Source of the DNA: a virus
Virus record (IMG/VR): IMGVR_UViG_3300050034_000403
Location: 1 to 64,000 of that record
DNA: 64,000 nt
Strand: one strand, 5' to 3'
The position numbers and the translations under genes are program-made. Positions 58,012 to 64,000 of this stretch are shown piece after piece; the stretch's first letter is position 1, and each line of letters begins with the position of its first letter. The notes beneath the pieces were generated by a model. It was not told the origin of the DNA and did not search any database. It saw nothing but the letters and a program-made list of their open reading frames with translations.

Positions 58012-58563
58012 ATGAGCAAGCCTGAAGTATCCCGACGCAACGAAGACGGAGACCGCATCGCCGTCATTCACTCATACGCGCCTGGAGACGGTAACCTGTC
58101 TTTTGTGGCCGCCGATGTCGAGCATCCTCACAGCGCCGTTTCTCCCAGTCCAACCCGCGAAGAGTGCGAGGCCGCGTGTCCCGATGGCTGGGAACTCTAT
58201 CAGGAAGGGCCGTCCTGGCGCGCTCGCAGGTTCGCGACTGCCTCGCCAATTACCGCACCGATTCTGCTCCCGCTTCCGGCGCTGAAGGAAAAAGACTTTT
58301 CCATTGAAGCCGACGCACAAGGCTACCGGATCATTTACAAGGGTCACAACATCGGCGGAGCCGGTACTCTCGGCAAATTCAAAGGAGCGGGAAGACCACG
58401 CGCCGGTTTTCCAAACCGCGCAGTCGAACAGACGGCGGATTACCACCAACAGGCGCAATCTGAAATAAAGAGTCTCCTTGCCGGTCATGGACAGGCACGC
58501 TTTCAAACCATCATCGACGAAATCGACGCTGAACCAGTCCCGGACTTCAAGCAACCCTCATAG
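58012..58563 (+). CDS. Hypothetical protein
   Basis: AAGGAG SD. Confidence 0.55.
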   Translation: MSKPEVSRRNEDGDRIAVIHSYAPGDGNLSFVAADVEHPHSAVSPSPTREECEAACPDGWELYQEGPSWRARRFATASPITAPILLPLPALKEKDFSIEADAQGYRIIYKGHNIGGAGTLGKFKGAGRPRAGFPNRAVEQTADYHQQAQSEIKSLLAGHGQARFQTIIDEIDAEPVPDFKQPS

Positions 58564-58642
58564 CACGTTTTGATAGGGGACACTTTTTCAACGACAGAAA
58601 CGCATTTTAACGGGGGCTCAGCCCCAGAAAGGCTTTTGCCTT

Positions 58643-59224
58643 ATGCCTCTTTTGGCTACCGTTCCTACTCCTCCCACGCCGATCAGCGCACCGGAACCAG
58701 AACGCCACAGAGGCCGACCAGCCCTCACAGATGAAGAGCGCGAAGAGCGGCGACTTGCACGGAACAAAGCACGGCGCGAACAGCGCCAAGCCGCGCACGT
58801 TGCCGTAGAACCCCCGCCGCCTGCCGTGGAAGTCGAAGAACCCCAGCCCACTCCACCACCAGCGCCACCACACGTTTACTTTGCGCTGGGCCAACGTGCC
58901 CGCGCTTTGCTGGGCTTTGGTCTAGGGGCATTCGTGCCCCTGGCCAGCTACATGGAAATTCACTTTGAAGTGGGTCACCACCCGCAGCTCTGGTTTCTCG
59001 TGGCCGGGGCGCTTGCTTACTCCGCGATCAGCGTCTACACCTGGGCCGTCGAGGCCTTTCATTACCAGCTCAAGGCACTCGGCTTTGTCGTGCTGCTTGA
59101 AGGCACCATGACGTTCTGCAGCATCCTCTGGCTGAGTTTGGCCGGGCTGGCAATTCTCATGATCCTGAACGCCATCACCGCCGCTGTTACGTTGCAGGCG
59201 CGCAGTCCGGATTCCGGACTCTAG
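58643..59224 (+). CDS. Membrane protein (4 TM) with basic/Pro-rich N-terminus
   Basis: RGRP motif, Pro linker, four hydrophobic helices. Confidence 0.6.
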   Translation: MPLLATVPTPPTPISAPEPERHRGRPALTDEEREERRLARNKARREQRQAAHVAVEPPPPAVEVEEPQPTPPPAPPHVYFALGQRARALLGFGLGAFVPLASYMEIHFEVGHHPQLWFLVAGALAYSAISVYTWAVEAFHYQLKALGFVVLLEGTMTFCSILWLSLAGLAILMILNAITAAVTLQARSPDSGL

Positions 59225-59355
59225 CAAATCGCTCGGCGGTGCGAATACAAGTTGACGCATTGATACGACAGGCGCAAAGTATTGGATAGGCCCTATTTGA
59301 TAGGGGACCAAGTTTTTTTGAATACTCCGGCAATTCAAAGAACCGAGGCGAAAGA

Positions 59356-59571
59356 ATGTATTTGTTTCCTGACATGCTCAATTTGACTGAAGTCAAGTGG
59401 CCCACAGATGCACATCGCGATGTGGCCGAAAAGGCACTGCTTGGCAATCGCAACTACAGCCGTCTTTCTGATCTGACAGAGGCGACAAGGATTATCTCCC
59501 ATATTCCTGCCGACAAGATCAAAACGGTAACCGCCGTGGACCTTATGCGTCTTGGCATCATGATCGATTAA
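59356..59571 (+). CDS. Hypothetical protein
   Basis: Follows boundary motif; GAGG SD. Confidence 0.5.
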   Translation: MYLFPDMLNLTEVKWPTDAHRDVAEKALLGNRNYSRLSDLTEATRIISHIPADKIKTVTAVDLMRLGIMID

Positions 59572-59586
59572 CGAAAGCGAGACTCA

Positions 59587-60192
59587 ATGAGCGTTGAAAA
59601 AGTCGAAAAGATTTTCAGCAAATGCGTTTGCGAACGGCCGGATTGCCCTGGCAAGGGCAAACCCTGGTACTTCAAGGGGGGAGAGCTTCCCGACCGTTGC
59701 CACTGGTGCAAGCGCATCAAGTGGTGGGGCATCGATCTTTCTCTTGAAGAGCGTAACAAGGTGCGGCAACAGTACATCCAAGACGTTGTAAAAATCGTCA
59801 ACAAATGCGTATGCGAGCACGACGATTGCCCGGGGCAGGGCAAGCCCTGGTACTCGAAGAATGAGGCGATTCCCGCTCGTTGCCACTGGTGCAATCGTAC
59901 AAGCTGGAACGGCGTCGACCGCCGACTGCTCAGCCAGAAATCCATCTGGGTGCGTGTCCAACAGTGCACCGTATGCGGCGGCACGGAATGGGCCACGGAT
60001 GAGGCAGGCGAATCGGTCTGCGTACACTGCACGAAATCGGCTTCGCCGCGGCTCAAGCCAAAAGAGCGAAAGATTGTGCCTGCCGCTCATGCACCTGGCT
60101 GCACCTGCGCACTGTGCCGCAAGAAGCGCGCCAAGAAACCCGCTGCAGCCATTGCGCTGCCCAAACCCAAGAGAGTGAGGAACCCGGAATGA
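59587..60192 (+). CDS. Multi Zn-finger protein with tandem duplicated module
   Basis: Two copies KCVCE..DCPG.GKPWY.....P.RCHWC; further CxxC pairs. Confidence 0.7.
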   Translation: MSVEKVEKIFSKCVCERPDCPGKGKPWYFKGGELPDRCHWCKRIKWWGIDLSLEERNKVRQQYIQDVVKIVNKCVCEHDDCPGQGKPWYSKNEAIPARCHWCNRTSWNGVDRRLLSQKSIWVRVQQCTVCGGTEWATDEAGESVCVHCTKSASPRLKPKERKIVPAAHAPGCTCALCRKKRAKKPAAAIALPKPKRVRNPE

Positions 60193-60432
60193 ACATGCAG
60201 ATCATCTTGCGGCAACTCGACAGCGACGACTTTGGAAAGATGCTGAAAGTCTGCAAAAGCTCACGCGAACGGTTTTACCTGGAAGCCGCGCGCATTAATC
60301 CAAACTTTGAATACCACATCGATCTGCCCGGCCCCGATGGCCCTACCAAACCCGTCGACATGCAAACGTGGCTTGCCGACAAAGAAAGGTTCCCCGACGA
60401 CTGAGCAAAATGATGGCACAATGGGAGGTCAA

Positions 60433-61140
60433 ATGACGGAAAAAGTACACTTTCGCAAGGATCTGACAGGCAAAGTCTTTGGTCGGCTTACTGTAACGGG
60501 ATACTCGCATCAAGCCGGAAAGTCATCGGTTTGGAACTGCCTTTGCGTCTGCGGAAATACGACTCAAGTTCGCCAAAGCAATCTTACGAGGGGCGGCGTT
60601 GTTTCCTGTGGTTGCCGCAGAAAAGAAATTCAAAATCACATCAAGTTCTATTCTCCAGAATCTGCTCTTACGCATGGCTGCGCTCGCACACGGTTAGGAA
60701 AAAGGACTGCTGTCTATACGATATGGTGTGGGATGAAACGGCGTTGTTCTTCACCAAAATGCAAATGCTTTTCGTACTACGGCGGACGTGGAATCAAAGT
60801 CTGCAAACGATGGGAAAAGTTTGAAAACTTCCTGGCGGATATGGGTAAGCCAAAACCGGGAATGACACTTGACCGCTTTCCGGATAAAGACGGCGATTAT
60901 GAACCGACAAATTGCCGATGGGCTACATGGAAAGAGCAGGCAAACAATCAACGCCCCCGTTCATTTTTCATTGACAAGCCTGAACATGCTGACATTTTGC
61001 AGAAAATCTTATCGCTGCACTCTTTGGGCAAAACTACCAGAGATATTGCAGACGTGCTGAATTCTATGAAAATTATGTCACCCCGTGGAAAATGCTGGTG
61101 GGGATCAGGCATTGATCGTATCTTGCGCAATCATCGATAG
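60433..61140 (+). CDS. HNH-family endonuclease with C-terminal recombinase-type HTH
   Basis: DLTGK.FGRLTV, W.C.C.CG, SCGC, YGGRGI.VC.RW, NCRWAT..EQ.NN. Confidence 0.85.
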   Translation: MTEKVHFRKDLTGKVFGRLTVTGYSHQAGKSSVWNCLCVCGNTTQVRQSNLTRGGVVSCGCRRKEIQNHIKFYSPESALTHGCARTRLGKRTAVYTIWCGMKRRCSSPKCKCFSYYGGRGIKVCKRWEKFENFLADMGKPKPGMTLDRFPDKDGDYEPTNCRWATWKEQANNQRPRSFFIDKPEHADILQKILSLHSLGKTTRDIADVLNSMKIMSPRGKCWWGSGIDRILRNHR

Positions 61141-61147
61141 GAGAAAA

Positions 61148-61828
61148 ATGGAAGCTGTTTCATATATGCGGTGTTCTGGCGAAAGCCAAGTTCTCGGCGA
61201 TACGTGGGAACGTCAGCGCGCAGTTATCGTTAAATATGCCGCCGCCAATGAAATTGCAATTGTCGATGAATTCCGGGATGAAGGCGTAACAGGCAAGATG
61301 GAGTTGGAAGGACGTGCCGGTCTTTCAGCCTGCATACAATTCATCCGTGAAAAGGGAATCAAGCTTGTTTTGGTTGAGTCCAGCGACAGATTGGCCCGCG
61401 ACATGATCGTGGCAGAAGTTGTTGTACGCGAGTTTCAAAAGATTGGAGTTCGCGTCATTTCTGCGTCTGGCGGTATCGATCTAACCGAGGGAGACGATTC
61501 CAACCCCACGGCTAAACTAATTCGTCAGATTCTAGCGGCCGTCGCCGAGTTTGATCGCTGCGTAATCGTACTTAAGCTACGCGGTGCGCGCCAGCGCAAA
61601 AAGGCTAGGGGAGAACGAGGAGATGGCCGGCACGCCTTTGGAGAAAAGCCTGGAGAAGCCGTGGTTCTCGCACAGATTCGTGCGTTAAAGGCCCAAGGAG
61701 AGACGATCAGGACCATTGCCGACACCTTGAACGCCGCCGCCATTCCAACGCGCATGGGGGGCACCTGGAAGGCCGGGACGGTGGCAAAGATCCTTGCTCG
61801 TGAGAAATTTCACAGCGCTTGCGCGTGA
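61148..61828 (+). CDS. Serine recombinase (resolvase/invertase family)
   Basis: YMRCS, D.G.TG...R.GL, V...DRLARD, AEF.R..I..KL..AR; C-terminal IA..LN....TR.G..W. Confidence 0.9.
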   Translation: MEAVSYMRCSGESQVLGDTWERQRAVIVKYAAANEIAIVDEFRDEGVTGKMELEGRAGLSACIQFIREKGIKLVLVESSDRLARDMIVAEVVVREFQKIGVRVISASGGIDLTEGDDSNPTAKLIRQILAAVAEFDRCVIVLKLRGARQRKKARGERGDGRHAFGEKPGEAVVLAQIRALKAQGETIRTIADTLNAAAIPTRMGGTWKAGTVAKILAREKFHSACA

Positions 61829-61891
61829 ATTACGCGTTTTCATCGGAATTAGGGTATTTGAAAGCAAAAAGGTAGTTGAGCTATATCAAGA

Positions 61892-63195
61892 GTTGCATCT
61901 ATGCGATGCACTTCAACTGCATTGCTACCGATATGGTAGCGCTGTCGCTACGGATTTCGCGTTGCACTTATCCAGTGCACTTCAACTGCATTACTACGCT
62001 GGTGGGTCCTTGTAAGTTGCATCTACGCGATGCACTCAAACTGCTTTGATGCTTGCTACCTTTTGGCACATTTCCATTTTTCCAGTAGTTGCATCTATGC
62101 GATGCACTGAGACTATTTTGCGACACGGAGTTGAATCAAGAAGCAATAAGCCTGTTGCATCTATGCGATGCACTTTGACTGCTTTGCTATCCCACTAATA
62201 AGCCTTTGCAGGATCATTTTCCCAGTTGCATCTGCTCGATGCACTTTAACTACCTTGCGACCATGTGAGAATGCTGGTGGCTCTCTCTTGACGAAGTTGC
62301 ATCTGCTCGATGCACTCAAACTACATTGCGACACGGCTACGGAAGCCGTCTTGCTGCTGCTATGAATGTTGCATCTGTTCGATGCACTTTAACTACCTTG
62401 CGACGACTGTTTATGCTTTTGAACTCACACACTACGACCGTTGCATCTGTTCGATGCACTGAAACTACATTGCGACAGCAGAAAAAATCGAGAAATGATT
62501 CCGATACCATGTTGCATCTGCTCGATGCACTGAAACTACCTTGCGACGAAACCTGGAAAACCTGTCCACCGGGACCGTAATAGTTGCATCTGCTCGATGC
62601 ACTAAAACTATCTTGCGACGTTCGACTTCAGCCAAGAGAGACATGACCGCGAGTGTTGCATCTGTTCGATGCACTTAAACTATCTTGCGACCCTATAATT
62701 TGTCCAGACACTAGCGTCCACAACCGTTGCATCTGTTCGATGCACTGAAACTGCCTTGCGACGCATGTACTCCCAAAGCGTGTACTCTTGATGCAAGTTG
62801 CATCTGTTCGATGCACTGAAACTACATTGCGGCTTGGTGAGCCCTTGGAAAGTGTTAGCAGGTCATCAAGGTTGCATCTGTTCAATGCACTGAAACTATC
62901 TTGCGGCATGATCGAGCAGTTGAGCAATACAAGGTGCGATACGCGTTGCATCTGTTCGATGCACTTTAACTACCTTGCGACACGAAATTGCGGGACTCTT
63001 TTACCAGGTGATGGATGTTGCATCTGTTCGATGCACTGAAACTACATTGCGACCTAAACATCACCATGCAGGACAAGCTCGACCTCCAGTTGCATCTGTT
63101 CGATGCACTGAAACTACATTGTGACTCGCCACCTTCGGAAGAAACAAGAAGACCAGAAGTTGCATCTGTTCGATGCACTGAAACTACATTGCGGC
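61892..63195 (-). CRISPR. CRISPR array 3: 19 repeats/18 spacers, consensus GTCGCAATGTAGTTTCAGTGCATCGAACAGATGCAAC (37 nt)
   Basis: ~71-72 nt period, mostly 33-37 nt unique spacers; degeneration increases leftwards (trailer), leader on right. Confidence 0.97.
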
Positions 63196-63372
63196 TGCGC
63201 TCATTATAACGCTTTGCGATTGAAGAAGATCAAGGACGTTTTTCGCGAACCTCGCAAATCTGCGCTCTTCTAGTTGGGATGCTCGATACAATGCCCTCAT
63301 TATCTCCTTCAAAATCATTTTCTTACGCCTTGCGCGAACCTCCCGCCTTTTTCCGGCCGCTTAGGGTTCGCG
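63196..63372 (-). promoter_or_regulatory. CRISPR leader
   Basis: CGCGAACC/GGTTCGCG inverted and direct motifs at 63244, 63333, 63365 as seen in I-C-type leaders; TATAAT at 63208-63203. Confidence 0.8.
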
Positions 63373-63382
63373 GAAAACCAGC

Positions 63383-63928
63383 TCAAATCGTCGGTTGATA
63401 CGTGCCGGCCATCAATTGCTTGGCGATCACGTCGTTTTGGTTGGGCCATGCCGCACGGCGCGCCAACCCTTCTCGCTGCGCTTCCCGCACCGCATCCGCT
63501 TTGATCCATCGATCATAACTCTGGTACTGGATCAGCCGCATCCATTCCAGCACCAGCGTGCTGATCGCTTGATTCACAGCCGCCAGCGTGCCCGGTCCAA
63601 AAAGGCCATCCACCTCCACAGTGTGGCCCGCATGGATCAGCGCGGCCTGCAAATGCTCAATACCGGTCTCTGTGCCCTGGTTTACCCCATCGTCAAGCAG
63701 CTTGGTGGCCACGTCCTGGTTCACGATCTGGCTGTAGAGCGGATTCCAAAAATACTTCAGATAAAGCGCGGTCGCTTCCTCGGCCGTCTTTGGCTGGGCA
63801 ATCTTAAGAAGCTTGCACGTGGCCGCTGACCATCCGAACTTGGTCTTGCCGCCAGGGTCACCCTTCAGGGTTCCCACGCCCCCCTCATGCGCCAGCACCA
63901 CCTTGATCGCCACATTGAAATCAGCCAT
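63383..63928 (-). CDS. Glycoside hydrolase family 108 lysozyme with peptidoglycan-binding domain
   Basis: HEGG....DPGG.TKFG; D.GVN.G; LQ.AL....VDG.FGP.TL.A. Confidence 0.9.
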   Translation of the reverse strand: MADFNVAIKVVLAHEGGVGTLKGDPGGKTKFGWSAATCKLLKIAQPKTAEEATALYLKYFWNPLYSQIVNQDVATKLLDDGVNQGTETGIEHLQAALIHAGHTVEVDGLFGPGTLAAVNQAISTLVLEWMRLIQYQSYDRWIKADAVREAQREGLARRAAWPNQNDVIAKQLMAGTYQPTI

Positions 63929-64000
63929 GCACCAGCTCTCCCTGCCCCAGCAAAAAGCTTTCGTACGCCCGCAAGACGTGCGCCTTGCCCACAGGCTGGC

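Noticed and set aside
61892-63195. Self-targeting by main-array spacers
   Set aside because: No full-length protospacer found by eye in the window; needs an alignment to exclude
61794-63209. Short ORFs across the arrays (also 1595-1837, 45847-46303)
   Set aside because: Translations of repeat sequence (VASVRCT, LHLFDAL)
1-64000. Host assignment to Acidobacteriota and assignment of a specific CRISPR subtype
   Set aside because: Only stylistic hints (signal peptides, GC content, repeat layout); cannot be supported without searches

Overview
This window looks like a large segment of a tailed-phage (Caudoviricetes) genome, possibly a phage-plasmid. A long minus-strand late/morphogenesis region (about 3-44 kb) holds the terminase, portal, scaffold, major capsid, decoration proteins, adaptors, fibres, a lysis-like cassette and ejection-type proteins. 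A regulatory and toxin-antitoxin segment (44-48 kb) follows. A plus-strand early/accessory region of small genes (48.6-61.8 kb) includes DUF932, a methyltransferase, VapBC and a serine recombinase, and a GH108 lysozyme sits at the right end. No replication genes and no Cas effector, Cas1 or Cas2 are recognisable here. The most unusual features are: (1) three CRISPR-type arrays sharing one repeat family with a 3' hairpin, namely a 19-repeat leadered array, a 7-repeat degenerate array and a compact array of about 13 covarying hairpins with mostly ~17-27 nt guides; (2) a conserved structured leader RNA (6 full copies + 1 partial) that overlaps a GNRA-capped terminator and heads the late modules, often just after a sigma70-like promoter and before small K/R-rich genes; (3) a DUF3494 ice-binding domain inserted into a duplicated capsid-region protein; (4) fibre-like proteins with Sec signal peptides and paired cysteines; (5) aberrant tRNA-like elements; (6) several families of repeated operator or cassette-boundary motifs. 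All calls come from reading motifs by eye; no database searches or folding programs were run.
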